NCBI GenBank assembly: GCA_963817895.1
Contig: CAWFQB010000002.1
Location: forward strand, 640,001 to 704,000
Origin: an uncultured Chthonomonadaceae bacterium
GTDB lineage: Bacteria > Armatimonadota > Chthonomonadetes > Chthonomonadales > Chthonomonadaceae
DNA: 64,000 nucleotides
Reading direction: 5' to 3'
Part shown: positions 1 through 10,684 of the stretch, one piece after another
Position numbering within the stretch: position 1 is the first letter of the stretch
How the letters are laid out: each line of letters begins with the position of its first letter
Program-made: the position numbers and the translations under genes
The notes under the pieces: model-generated
The model's input: the letters and a program-made list of their open reading frames with translations, nothing else
Databases searched by the model: none
Told to the model about the DNA's origin: nothing

Positions 1-708
1 TTTCCCGCCAGTCCGTTGGGTTTGCCTGTCGCTTTATCCGCTGTTGTTACCGGTAGGGTTGGCAATACGCCCGTACCCGGAGTGTTGGCGAGGACAGTGG
101 GAGCGGGAGGATTGGCGCTGATGGCAGACGAACGAGCGGCAATATCGGAGTCAAGACGGAGTCGGAACGGCGGCTCGCGGACGGAATTGCAGGGCTACCA
201 GTCCGCCCAACACGAACAGGGCGACCGCAATGCCCGCGCTTGTGAACCGCGCGTATCCCAGACCCGGAGCGGCCTGCGGGTCGGCCATGACCACGCGATG
301 GGTTTTGCGCTCACTCCCCTGTTCGGCCTGCCCGCGCAGTTCGTCGAGTTTGACCCGATCCGCGATGCTGCCGGGATTGAGCTGCAACACGCGCTCGTAT
401 TCGCGTATGGCCGCTTCGCGATCCCCCTGCTGCTCGTACAATTGGCCGAGGAGCGAATGGGCTGAAGTGCTGTCGTTGCGCAGGCGCAGGATTTCCTGAC
501 ACAGCGCCATCGCGCCCTCCAGATTGTTCTCTTTGCGCAGGCGATAGGCGCGTTCCAGCAACGCGCTCACCTGCTCGTCTTCGGGCATGGCGCGCTCAAA
601 CGCATCCTCGTTGATTTTGGCGGCGGCCGCGCGGTCGAGTTTTCCGCCGCACTGCTTGCAAAAGTTGCTGTCTGCCGCATTTTTGATACCGCATGAAGTA
701 CAAAACAT
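1..708 (-). CDS. Zinc-ribbon + TPR membrane-anchored protein; frameshifted near 150 and running off the window end
   Basis: MFCTSCG..NFCKQCG zinc ribbon, TPR (AHSLLGQLYEQQGDREAAIREYERVLQLNP), TM helix; after the TGA at 151 the +1 frame stays open as a Pro/Thr-rich linker (LDSDIAARSSAISANPPAPT...) to position 1. Confidence 0.75.
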
Positions 709-752
709 AAAAATTTCCTGTAGGGTGGCTAAACGGTCAAGGGTAAAGTCAG

Positions 753-777
753 GTAGGGACACAACATGTTGTGTCCT
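753..777 (+). repeat. GTAG-type REP palindrome, copy 1
   Basis: GTAG-GGACACAACATGTTGTGTCC-T, identical to 60221-60245. Confidence 0.8.
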
Positions 778-976
778 TCACAGGCGCTTGCCGCGCCCTG
801 TATAAACATTGCGCCCTGATTCGAGGAGTATCCAGGCAGAATTATAGCCCAAAATGCGGATTTTTTGCAAGCGCGTGGAACCGAATCACCATTCACATCG
901 TAATTCTTTTGCTTTCCCGCCAAATGCGAGAATACCGGGCAAAAGCGCGTTTGTGGCGTTTGCCTGTCGAAGGCAA

Positions 977-1005
977 TTGACAAATTTTGCAACGCCGATT
1001 ATAAT
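977..1005 (+). promoter_or_regulatory. Consensus sigma-70 promoter
   Basis: TTGACA (977-982), 17 bp spacer, TATAAT (1000-1005) upstream of the ATG at 1109. Confidence 0.8.
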
Positions 1006-1108
1006 GACGTATTCAGCGGAAAGCGCAGTTCGTTTTTCGCCTGCCACATACTGCTTTGTTTATAGCGGATTAACTCCTTTAAGTTTGTTTTTGAGAAGGT
1101 CGTGATCT

Positions 1109-2821
1109 ATGTCTTCAGCGATTTCGGATACGCAATCCACGAATGTCCAGCAAATCGTAGTTTCGCTGGATCAGCCGGATTTGACTATCGAACCGGGCAG
1201 CGCCACGCGCCTTGTCGTCACCATGAGCAATCAGCAGACCGCGCCCGACCGCCTGCTTTTGGAAGTGGAAGGCATTGACATCGAATGGTACAACATTCCG
1301 GTTCCCGCCGTGAACGTTGCGCCCGGCGCGAGTGTCAGCGAACGCATCAATTTCAAAATGACCCGCAGCAGCGAAAACAGGGCGGGTTCGTATCCGTTTC
1401 TGGTGCGCGTGGTCGCGATGGAAACGGGCGAAGTCGGCATGGCGCAGGCTATGCTGATCGTGAAACCTTTCGATAGCCTACAGGTGGAAATGTCGCCGCG
1501 CCGCGCCGTCGCCTCGTTTTTCCATCCGCTCAACGATTTCGAGGTGACAGTCGCCAATGAGGGCAACGCGGAAGAGGCGCTGGAACTGTTTGCCAGCGAC
1601 CCGGAAGACGATTGCGCCTACGAATTCGACGTTGACCATCTGGTTCTCAAGCCGGGGCAAACGCAGACCATTCCAATGGCCGCGCGTCCCAAAGCCTCCG
1701 CATGGATCGGCAGTCCGCGCCTGTACAGTTTTAGCGTATCCGCGCGTTCCAGCGAGGACACGTACCTATCCGCTAAAACGCAGGGACAAATCGAGCGTCG
1801 CGCCCTTGTTTCGCCCTTTATGGGACTATTTCTGCTGCTGCTGGGATTGGGCGGGGGCGGCTACATGGCGTTTCGGCCCGCGCCGCTCGCCCCTGTAAGA
1901 ATGAACAACTTCGCGGCTACGACTTCGTCTGTCATGGAGGGCAAGCCGGTCACGCTCACATGGGATGTATCGGGCGACAAGCCGGTTATCAAACTATTCC
2001 ATACCATCGGCGAAAAAGGGACCGAAGTGGCGGACGGCGAACTGAACAAGAGTACGGGTAACGCGCAATATACTCCGGTCGGCCCGCAAACAATGTATAC
2101 GCTAAAAGTAACCGGGCCGGGGAATGAGGGCAAATGGCAGACCAAATCCATTACTGTCAATGTCACGGCCGCGCCCACCCCGCCTAAACCAACGCTGACG
2201 GATTTTTATGCGGATACCGGCAAAGTCCATGTTGGCGAACAGGTCATCTTTTCGTGGGTCGGGAAGAATGCCAACTCGTATATTCTCGATCCGGGCGGAT
2301 ACACGTTCAGCGGCCTGTCACATTCTACGCCCGTCGTGATGAACAACGTCGGCGACATCAAGTTCCAATTGAGCGCTATCAGCGCGGATAAGCATGTTCA
2401 GTCCGCGCCCAAAACGGTTAAAATCACGGTTGTTTCCAAAGAGCAATCGGTTGCCACGATTGTAGACTTTACCGCGCCCAAAACCGTCTACATTGGCGAA
2501 CCGTTCCGCCTGCGCTGGACCGCCAAACGAACCGCAACGGTTCGCATCGAGGACGACCGGGGCGACATCATCGGCAACAATCTGGAACCGTCCGGCAGTA
2601 TCGAAGCGAAAATTAATGACCATACCATCTATACCCTGACAGCGGCGGACAATCTGGGCAAAACCATCATCAAGCAGATTACGGTCGTCCCGCAAACAAA
2701 ACCCCTGCCGCCGCCCGAACCACTCCCCTCGCCCACGCCGGAGGGGGACAAGAACACGAACACTCCGCCCGCAACGCCGCCCAACGACAGCGCGAATCCG
2801 CTGACTCCGAAAGGGCAGTAG
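1109..2821 (+). CDS. Single-pass membrane protein with Ig-like domains on both sides of the TM helix and a Pro-rich tail
   Basis: 570 aa; COG1470-like N-terminal repeats (V.NEGN..E...L), TM (FMGLFLLLLGLGGGGYMAF), repeated V..G..VTL.W beta modules. Confidence 0.7.
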   Translation: MSSAISDTQSTNVQQIVVSLDQPDLTIEPGSATRLVVTMSNQQTAPDRLLLEVEGIDIEWYNIPVPAVNVAPGASVSERINFKMTRSSENRAGSYPFLVRVVAMETGEVGMAQAMLIVKPFDSLQVEMSPRRAVASFFHPLNDFEVTVANEGNAEEALELFASDPEDDCAYEFDVDHLVLKPGQTQTIPMAARPKASAWIGSPRLYSFSVSARSSEDTYLSAKTQGQIERRALVSPFMGLFLLLLGLGGGGYMAFRPAPLAPVRMNNFAATTSSVMEGKPVTLTWDVSGDKPVIKLFHTIGEKGTEVADGELNKSTGNAQYTPVGPQTMYTLKVTGPGNEGKWQTKSITVNVTAAPTPPKPTLTDFYADTGKVHVGEQVIFSWVGKNANSYILDPGGYTFSGLSHSTPVVMNNVGDIKFQLSAISADKHVQSAPKTVKITVVSKEQSVATIVDFTAPKTVYIGEPFRLRWTAKRTATVRIEDDRGDIIGNNLEPSGSIEAKINDHTIYTLTAADNLGKTIIKQITVVPQTKPLPPPEPLPSPTPEGDKNTNTPPATPPNDSANPLTPKGQ

Positions 2822-2854
2822 TTGCGTGATAACCACTTGATGAGGAAAACAAAC

Positions 2855-3031
2855 ATGCCTTCTCTAACTGCCGACGATTTTGCGCGTCTTGTCACCCTGC
2901 ATATCCCCGAAACCGTATCCGCGCTGGCCTTTTCGCCGGACGGCACGCTCATCGCCGTTGCCGCCGGCGACAAAGTGCATGTCTATAAAATTCCGCCGCA
3001 AGTACAGAAACAGGCAAAGGATGAAGGATGA
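2855..3031 (+). CDS. Small protein consisting of one WD40-like repeat
   Basis: GAGG RBS; VSALAFSPDGTLIAVAAGDKVHVY is a typical WD40 blade. Confidence 0.6.
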   Translation: MPSLTADDFARLVTLHIPETVSALAFSPDGTLIAVAAGDKVHVYKIPPQVQKQAKDEG

Positions 3032-3067
3032 AAATGCTTCATCCTTCATCCTTCATTCTTCATCCTT
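3017..3067. repeat. Convergent heptamer tandem-repeat pair (AAGGATG / CATCCTT)
   Basis: Read directly; lies between convergent genes and contains the TGA of the WD40 ORF. Confidence 0.85.
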
Positions 3068-3823
3068 TTATTTGAGCGTTCGCTGAAAGAACATTGCGGC
3101 GTCGCGGATGTTGGCGGGGGACAGCAGGTTGGTTCCGTGTTCGGAGCCGGTCGAGAGGCGCAGGGCGTGGTCGCGGCCTGACAGAGATTGCGTGATTTGT
3201 TTCGGCCCGCTTCCGGCAATAGCGTCGTTCTTGTCGTGGTAAATGACGACTGCGCCCTTGAACTTGCGCGCGGGGGCCAGCGCGTCCAGTCCGTGATAGT
3301 TCGCGCCGGGTGAAAACAGCGCGACGCTTTTAATCTGGTCGGGATGGGCGGCAGCGTAAATCAGGGCGTTGTTCGCGCCATACGATGCGCCCGCCAGTCC
3401 TGTCGGCAACTTGTCCTTCAACGACGCAATGGCGGCGGCAATGTCACCCGATGTGGGCCAGGGCGCGTTTTCGCCGCTTTCTCCCGGTCCCTGCGTCGAG
3501 CGTCCCGCCCCCCGCTGGTCAATCGCAAGCGCGTTAATGTGTGCCGCCTGCAATGCGCGGCATAAGGGAACCCAATCGCTGCCCTGCCCGCCCCGCTGAT
3601 GCAGCAGAACCACATTGCCCTGCGCTTTGCCCGCAGCCGCGTACAAATCCCCCGCTATCGTCCAGCCGTCCGCCGTTTTGAACGTAACGCCTTGCGCCGC
3701 CTCTGTTTTTTGCCCCTTCGCACTCGGTTCTCCCGCCGTCGCCTGCCGCCCCGATTGACAGCCCATTGCCGCGCTCATCCCAATCAGCCCAACTATTTTC
3801 AGCAAACTTGTATTATTTCGCAT
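3068..3823 (-). CDS. Alpha/beta hydrolase, likely lipoprotein
   Basis: Signal peptide ending AMGC, GASYG nucleophile elbow, C-terminal HG. Confidence 0.85.
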   Translation of the reverse strand: MRNNTSLLKIVGLIGMSAAMGCQSGRQATAGEPSAKGQKTEAAQGVTFKTADGWTIAGDLYAAAGKAQGNVVLLHQRGGQGSDWVPLCRALQAAHINALAIDQRGAGRSTQGPGESGENAPWPTSGDIAAAIASLKDKLPTGLAGASYGANNALIYAAAHPDQIKSVALFSPGANYHGLDALAPARKFKGAVVIYHDKNDAIAGSGPKQITQSLSGRDHALRLSTGSEHGTNLLSPANIRDAAMFFQRTLK

Positions 3824-3837
3824 GAGGCTCTCCCTGT

Positions 3838-3942
3838 GATTGTCTTGAACCATGATTTATGTGATTAAATGATTACCATGATGAACGCGCCTCCTCAATC
3901 ATGGAAATCCTCTAATCACATAAATCATGGTTCAAGACAATC
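3838..3942. repeat. Dispersed palindromic hairpin element (TGTCTTGAACCATGATTTA family), copy 1
   Basis: Perfect 30-bp inverted arms 3838-3867 / 3913-3942; related to 15332-15456 and 41647-41691. Confidence 0.9.
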
Positions 3943-3947
3943 TATTC

Positions 3948-6900
3948 CTAACTTGAAATGGTAACGGTCAACTTCTGGCCCGCCTTCATGCTCAGGGGAT
4001 GCGCGAATTTCAGATGCAGGCTGTTGTTCTCCTGATACAGTGTGGTGAGAACGCTTCGCTGCGCCAGTTGCGCCGTCGCCGTAAACTTCGCCGCATTGCC
4101 TCCCGTTGGAGCAGACAGGCGCAGTTCGTTGAGCGTTAGGGTTCCGTAATCCAGCAGCAACGTGTTTTCCTGCGCCAAATTGGTTTTGGATTGCGGCTTT
4201 TGCTCGTTCTGCCGGTTTGCGACGACTGCCTGCGCCTGCGTCGCGTTTGCGACTGAAGGGCGTGTTTGTGTAAACCGGCCCCATCCCTGCGCGGTCGTGA
4301 ACAGGCTGCGAAAATCGTGGGGCGACAGTCGGGGCGCAAGACGTAATATGCCCTTTGGCCCGTGATACTCATAACCGGACGCCGCAAGAAGCAGGGACCA
4401 GCTTGCCATTGCCCGCCCGTAATGGTCGCTGCATTCGATTTCATTCCACGGGTTGCGCTTGATGCCGTCGTATCGGGCGCGAACGGCCTCCACGAGTTTC
4501 AGCGCGTCCTCAGTCATGCCCTCATACAGCAGATGCGCGGCGACCTGATATTCTACGCCCGTCCAGACCTCATCACAGTACAGAATCGGCGCGACTTTTT
4601 CCGGCCTGCCGCCGCGCGGCCACGTACAGCACACCAACCCCTGATCTTTTCCGTTGGCGAACACGCGCTGGCCGTGATAGTCCCAACGGGTGAAATCCGC
4701 TATGAAGTTGTGCTTCATCATCGCGGCAAGCGCGGTTTTCACCTTTTCGGGGGATAGTATCGGCCCCAGTCCAACGACATGCGCCCACCATTGCCCCAAT
4801 ACCTGATCGGCGTGGCATCCCGGTCCGTACTGCGTGGGCGTGGTCAGATAGGCGTCGAAAACCTGCTGATAATACTCCCCATTCCAGCAGATTTTGTCGC
4901 AGTTTTCCCGGCCTTTCTCGTACAAAGCATGGTAACGAGCGGCGGTTTCCGGCTCCTTCTGCTCCCGCGCCATCTCTTCCGCCGCGCGCAGGGCGGCGAG
5001 ATATTGTGAGGAGATAAATGAGTTGTGTCCGAACACGTCACAATCGTAGGTGTTCGGCTGACGCCCCTCCACAAGCCCGTCGCCATTGGCGTCGTACACC
5101 CGAACGGCAAAGTCCATCGCCTTTTTCACGGCAGGCCAGTAGGTGTTCAGAAAACGGTTGTCCGCGCTTTGCAGATGTTCGCGGTACGCCTTGCAGATCG
5201 TGCTTAGATGCCCGTCTGTGAACGGCCCGGTCGCGCGGGGAACGTCGAGCGGCAGCTGCACCCGATGCCGAACGCCACCGTCCTCCTGTAATTGAACGGT
5301 CAAATCGGTATCGCGGACATTGCGCTCCAGTTCAGGAAACAGTTTCGCCAGCGTTTGCGCGTAGTTATAAACGTGCGTACAATTCATGGGACAGCAGCCG
5401 AGTCCTTCGTAGGCGACCCACCTGCCGTTTTCAATCCACATCGAGGTTTGAGTGCGCGGTATGCACATTTGCGACGAAATGGCGTCCCGAACCACATACG
5501 GCAGCGTACTGTCGAACAGCGAATGGTGAAACCGCTTTGTCTCTTCGTACAATCGCTTGTCGTTCTTGTGCAGATACGCCACAACCGCGCCCGCATAGGC
5601 AAACCAGTTGTTATACATGTTGCCGAGCCGGTACTTCACCTCGTACTCGCCCACATTGCTACCGAAACCGACATCCATTGTGCGGTCACGGTAGCGGTTC
5701 GGGAAATGCCAGCCGAGCGTGAAAACGATTTCGGTTTCCTGTCCGGCCTGCAACGTAAACTGTGAGGCAATCGCGCCGTTCCACGTTTTGCCGGGTTCGG
5801 CGGGCGTAGAGGGTGTGGGATCGAGCCTCCCGTCCGACTGAAAATCCTGCCAGAAAGCGTCCAGCGTATCCCACTGTTCGCGCCGGGTGACATTGCCGCT
5901 TCCCGAAACGCCAAGCGCCATGCTTCCCCACTGCGGATGCGAACTCGCCAGGCCCTCCCCGGCCATTTGCGCGGATTGGAATGTATGTTCGGGTGAGGCC
6001 AACGCCCTTGCCATCAGGCTGCCCAGGAACGCGCGCCGCTTCTGGAACGCCGCCGCATCGGAAGTAAACCACTGCTCCAGACCGGTCAGCAGCAGTACCG
6101 CCTTCCCTTTGCCATGCGTCCATTCGACTGCAAACGGCTGCCCGTTTCTGAGGCGATGAACAACCGCGTCTGGTCGGGCATGAAAATCAATAAGAATGGC
6201 GTTGTCCGCAACGGTCAGGCTCTGCCCTGCCGCCCCGTCCGCAGCCGGAAGTCCGAAAAATTCAACTGGCGCGTCGGCGTCATTGGCCGCGCGCGTTTGT
6301 CCGCCTGGACGCGCCACATTGGTATACGTAAACGGCAGAAAGGCGCGTATCTTCGCCTTTTGTTCGGGCGTAACACCCGAACGCGCAATAATGCTGTCGC
6401 TGAACACAATGTCGTCAATGTTGATGTGTCCCCAGGCGTCCGCGCGCGTATCCACGATTTCAATTTGCGCCATCTGCCCGTGAAACTCGCCCACATCCCA
6501 TTTTTCCGGGCGCAGTTTTTCCTCATTATGCCCCACTTCGGTTCGTGCCACTTTGCCGCCAACGCGCAGGTTGATGCACGTTTGACCGGCATGATTGCCG
6601 CCGCCGATGAGAAAATGGATATACTGCCGCTCAATGGTAAACGGTTTCGACGTGAGTTTGCCGGTTGCCGCGTCGCCATTCAGATACGTGTTGACTAATC
6701 CCTGCCCGCCGAACCCGGACACGTTCTGCTGGCTCCCCAATGTCCCACGCGCCGGCCCGGTTCCGAACGCATCCCCCTCAACCGTCCACTTCGCCGCATC
6801 ATACGTTTTTGCTTCAAAGTTTTCATACACGATGTCCGTAGAAGCCGTTGTATCGGGCAATCCCGCTGCCAGCAACTGCGCCCCGCCCAATATCAGCAGG

Positions 6901-7896
6901 CTGCCGCCGCCCGCGACAAACGTGTCCAGCGCGTCCCAATTCCCCCCCGGCTCCAAGTCGTCAATGACTGCGATTTTAGATTTTAGATTTTGGATTTTAG
7001 ATTGAGTTCTCCTCTTCTCCTTTTCTCCTTTTCTCCTTTTCTTCCTGAAGCGTCAACTCCTTCGGCACGGCGGATAGATTGGGGAAGAAGCGCAGGTCTA
7101 GATTGTGGAAGAGGCGGGACAGGCGGGCCGCGCTGCGGGAACTGGTCAGCATTACAACCGGCGCGGAAAAAGAACCGCTGTGCCGGTTGGTTCTGGTGGT
7201 CAGATGCAGCAGGTGCAGGTTATCGCGCTTCTCATACTGGTTGACGTTGCCCCGGCACTCCTCATAGGAGCCGAAGCCGTCAAAACCGACGGCATTCTGG
7301 CACGTTTGCGCAAGGGATACCTGCACGGCTTCGCGCCCGGTATTCTTCACCTTAAAGCGGAAGACAACGCCGGGAACGCCGCTGTCGCGCGTATTGAGCG
7401 GAATGAACGGGCAGTACGTTTCGCAGGTGACGGCAAGGGGAAGCGCGTCGTCTTTGTAGGTGAGCCAGGCGAACGGGTATTCGCCCCGAAACTCCACGTC
7501 CTGCACGGTCGGCAGTTTGCCGGGGGAATCCAGTTGCAGCAGGCGGGCCGAAGCGGGTTTGCCCTCGGCTTTGGCCCATAGCGCGAAGAACGTGGCGGGC
7601 AATTGCGCCGACGGGTTGCAGTGGTTGAAAATCTGCCAGTTGCGCAGGTTTCCCCCGCCCCCTATCGCCACATTGCCCGCGCCCAATCCGCCCATCGGCA
7701 TGGCGACCTGCGCCAGCCGCCTGCCGCGATACACGCCGGGTTCTTCCGGTTTGCGGGCAGTAACGTTTGCTTCCTGCGCTTCAGTTGCGGCAGTCGCCGT
7801 TGCCGCCAGCGTGGTTCCCGCGCATGCCCGCCCCACAAACCCGATAAATCCGCGCCGATCCATTTCGCTCATAAGGTTCTCCGTTGGTTGACTCAC
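3948..7896 (-). CDS. GH116-family glycoside hydrolase with Tat signal, split by a +1 frameshift near 7000
   Basis: MDRRGFIG twin-Arg; MPMGGLGAG..WQIFN N-terminal domain; catalytic-domain motifs THVYNY, NTYD, EVWTGVEY, RNPWNEIEC..HYGRAM; internal CBM-like insert (YIHFLIGGG); ORFs 6997-7896 and 3948-6956 join via QSKIQNLKSKIAVIDDLEP. Confidence 0.85.
6972..7044. repeat. Adjacent heptamer (GATTTTA x4) and octamer (TTCTCCTT x4) tandem repeats inside the GH116 gene
   Basis: Read directly. Confidence 0.9.
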
Positions 7897-7993
7897 TGCT
7901 TTGCAATTATAGTGAAACTTGCCGCAGATGTCAATAGCCCCTATCTTTGTTTATGCGCTCGATGTCAGAAGCGTAACCTGAATTGAGCAGCAC

Positions 7994-8037
7994 AAAAAGC
8001 CCCTCCCCCAGCGCGTTGCGCGGCAAGGAGAGGGGCT
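7994..8037 (-). terminator. Intrinsic terminator after recA
   Basis: AGCCCCTC...GAGGGGCT stem followed by a U-tract on the minus strand. Confidence 0.7.
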
Positions 8038-8061
8038 GAGGTGAGGTACTCCAGAACGACG

Positions 8062-9129
8062 TTAAATCTCGTCTTCGTCCTCTTCTTCGACTTCGGCGAG
8101 ATTGACGATGGGGACTTCCGCGCCCTTGTTGCGGATGCGGGCTTCGATCTCGTCCATCAACGGCTCGTTGTCTTCGAGGAACGCGCGCGCGTTTTCGCGG
8201 CCCTGTCCCAGACGAATCTCGTTGAAGGAGAAGTACGCGCCCGCCTTGTGGATGATGCCCAAATCCACGCCCATGTCCAGCATACTGCCCGAACGGCTGA
8301 TGCCTTTGCCGAACATGATGTCGAACTCGGCCTGCTTGAACGGCGGCGCGACCTTGTTCTTAACGATCTTCACCTTGACCCGCGCCCCGACCGCATCGGT
8401 TCCGTTCTTGACGGTTTCGGTGCGGCGCACTTCCATGCGGACGCTGGCGTAATACTTGAGCGCCATACCGCCACTCGTGGTTTCCGGGTTGCCGAACATC
8501 ACGCCAATCTTCTGGCGCAACTGGTTGATGAAAATGGCTGCCGTGTTGGTGCGGTTGATGCTGCCCGCCACTTTGCGCAGGGCTTGCGACATCAGGCGCG
8601 CGTGAACGCCCATGTGCGAGTCGCCCATGTCGCCTTCCAGTTCCGATTTGGGAACCAGGGCGGCAACCGAGTCCAGAACCACCACGTCTATCGCGCTCGA
8701 CCGGATCAGGGCGTCCATGATGTCCAGCGCTTCCTCGCCCGTTGTCGGCTGCGAGATGAACAGGTTGTCAATGTCCACGCCGAGGTTTTTGGCGTATTCC
8801 GGGTCAATGGCGTGTTCCACGTCCACATACGCGCACGTTCCGCCCTTTTTCTGCGCCTGCGCGATGATTTGCAGCGCAATGGTGGTTTTGCCCGAAGACT
8901 CCGTGCCGTAGATTTCCGTGATGCGTCCGCGCGGAACGCCGCCCACGCCCAGTGCCATGTCCAGCGCGATAGAGCCGGTGGAAATGGAGTCCACCTGCAG
9001 GCGCATGGATTGTCCCAGGCGCACGACGCTGCCCTTGCCGAATTGCTTCTCAATGCCTGACAGCGCCATATCCAGCGCTTTGGTCTTTTTCGCGTCCAAC
9101 TTACCAGTTGTTTCTTCTGCTGTTGCCAC
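8062..9129 (-). CDS. recA: Recombinase RecA
   Basis: [63 protein letters not shown] start after an AAAGGA RBS. Confidence 0.99.
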   Translation of the reverse strand: MATAEETTGKLDAKKTKALDMALSGIEKQFGKGSVVRLGQSMRLQVDSISTGSIALDMALGVGGVPRGRITEIYGTESSGKTTIALQIIAQAQKKGGTCAYVDVEHAIDPEYAKNLGVDIDNLFISQPTTGEEALDIMDALIRSSAIDVVVLDSVAALVPKSELEGDMGDSHMGVHARLMSQALRKVAGSINRTNTAAIFINQLRQKIGVMFGNPETTSGGMALKYYASVRMEVRRTETVKNGTDAVGARVKVKIVKNKVAPPFKQAEFDIMFGKGISRSGSMLDMGVDLGIIHKAGAYFSFNEIRLGQGRENARAFLEDNEPLMDEIEARIRNKGAEVPIVNLAEVEEEDEDEI

Positions 9130-9264
9130 GTTGAGTGGTCCTTTCTTGTGCTTCGCCGAAGTTCTGACGAAGCGGGTCACGTGAGGACGCAGCGGCGTTC
9201 CACCTGCCGCCGCCCCCTTGCTGCCCGTACATGACTGCAGCGAGGGATGCGACGCGCGGGATGA

Positions 9265-9340
9265 AGAGAGGAAAAAGGAGAAAGGAGAAAGGAAAAAGCC
9301 TTGCTTATGTGGCTTTCTCCTTTTTCCTTTTTCCTCTCTC
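9265..9340. repeat. Convergent heptamer repeat pair (GGAAAAA/GGAGAAA and complement) upstream of recA
   Basis: Read directly. Confidence 0.85.
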
Positions 9341-9405
9341 CTGCCTTCGGGAAACGCGGGTGGCCTCCGGTTTTAGCGCACAGGGTCAAACACTGTCAAA
9401 TCTGT

Positions 9406-10020
9406 CTACGTATTGTACTCGTTGCGCACACTAAAAGCAAATGATTTTACAATGGTGTACACGGCTCCCTCGCGCCGTAAATCGCTTTGCATCAGCACGC
9501 ACTCCCGCGCCGGAAAGACGCCCAATTCCGTCTGGAGATCGGAGTCGGCCTGCGCAAGGGGCAGATTTTTCGCTACGCTCTCCTCCCCATCTCGCGTTTT
9601 CATGCGGGCAAGGGTGATATGGGGAGTGTAGGGTTTGGTTTCTGCCGGGAAATCCCGCTTTGCGAGTTCTTCATTAAGATACTGCGCGGTCTGCTGCAAA
9701 ACCGGAACGCCTTCTGCCGCGCCCACCCATAAAACTTGCGGATTGCGCTGCCGGGGAAATACGCCGATATTTGCTATGCTCAAGTCCCACGGCGCAGACC
9801 GCGCCGCCACTTCTTCCACGCCCTCAAGGACGGACGGCAGTTGGCTATCCTCCACGTCACCCAAAAACTTCAGCGTGAAATGAAACTGTTCGGGCTTCGT
9901 CCAGCGGATACCCTCATCGCCCATAATGTCGCGTAGCCGTGTTTGAACCCGCTGCACTGCGTCGCGTATATCCTCCGGCAAGAGTAAGGCTACGAAAAGT
10001 CTTTTCATATCAGCCATCAT
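9406..10020 (-). CDS. thpR: RNA 2',3'-cyclic phosphodiesterase (2'-5' RNA ligase family)
   Basis: RLFVAL start, two HxT motifs (HFTLKFLG, PHITLAR); adjacent to recA. Confidence 0.93.
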   Translation of the reverse strand: MMADMKRLFVALLLPEDIRDAVQRVQTRLRDIMGDEGIRWTKPEQFHFTLKFLGDVEDSQLPSVLEGVEEVAARSAPWDLSIANIGVFPRQRNPQVLWVGAAEGVPVLQQTAQYLNEELAKRDFPAETKPYTPHITLARMKTRDGEESVAKNLPLAQADSDLQTELGVFPARECVLMQSDLRREGAVYTIVKSFAFSVRNEYNT

Positions 10021-10050
10021 GGAACTCGTTTATCATCCATATGGAAACGT

Positions 10051-10075
10051 CCGAACACCTGAACACCTGAACACC
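10051..10075. repeat. Octamer tandem repeat (CCTGAACA x3)
   Basis: Read directly; same unit family as 28149-28275. Confidence 0.75.
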
Positions 10076-10078
10076 GTA

Positions 10079-10546
10079 TCAGTTTTGCGCCGGGTCGTGA
10101 CTGCGATAATACTCGAACACTTTGTCTATGCTGAACGTTTCCGGGTCTTTGGGAATAAACAGCACCGGGTTTGTCGGATCATAATCGAACGGAAGTTCCA
10201 TCATAATCACGTTCTCGCTGAACACCTTGTACCGCTTTTCCAGTTCGCCCAGACAGGCGAAAATCACGCCGTAAATCGTCGCGGTCAATATCCGCTCATC
10301 CGCCCGTTCGCCGGTCAGGGCATCTACCGCCACGCCGGACAGGACGCCGAGCAGGTTCAGCATGTCATCGCCCTTGCGCTGATTGGAACGCACCACGTCC
10401 AGCAGCAGGCTGTCGGGAAGCAGTTCCAGCGCCAGTTCCCACTGCGATTCCTGCGGTAGTTCCTCCACCTGTATCAACGCTTCACGCAACTGTTGCGCCG
10501 CCAAAATATCGGCATCGGCAAGGGTTATCTTCGGGTATCGCTTCAA
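10079..10546 (-). CDS. Hypothetical protein
   Basis: 155 aa ORF with an AAGGAG RBS before the TTG; co-oriented with neighbours. Confidence 0.65.
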   Translation of the reverse strand: MKRYPKITLADADILAAQQLREALIQVEELPQESQWELALELLPDSLLLDVVRSNQRKGDDMLNLLGVLSGVAVDALTGERADERILTATIYGVIFACLGELEKRYKVFSENVIMMELPFDYDPTNPVLFIPKDPETFSIDKVFEYYRSHDPAQN

Positions 10547-10561
10547 AACAGGCTCCTTGTG

Positions 10562-10684
10562 AGGTTTCAGGTGTCAGGTTCCAGGGGTCAGGAGTACGTT
10601 CTCTACTTTTCCTGATTTTTACAAGCAGGCCATCAGATACAAGGATGTATTACTCTGACACCTGACGCCTGAAACCTGAAACCT
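10562..10684. repeat. Convergent heptamer repeat pair (AGGTTTC-like / CCTGAAA-like)
   Basis: Arms at 10562-10592 and 10655-10684. Confidence 0.85.

Noticed and set aside
8041..9060. 339-aa plus-strand ORF
   Set aside because: Antisense shadow of recA caused by codon bias.
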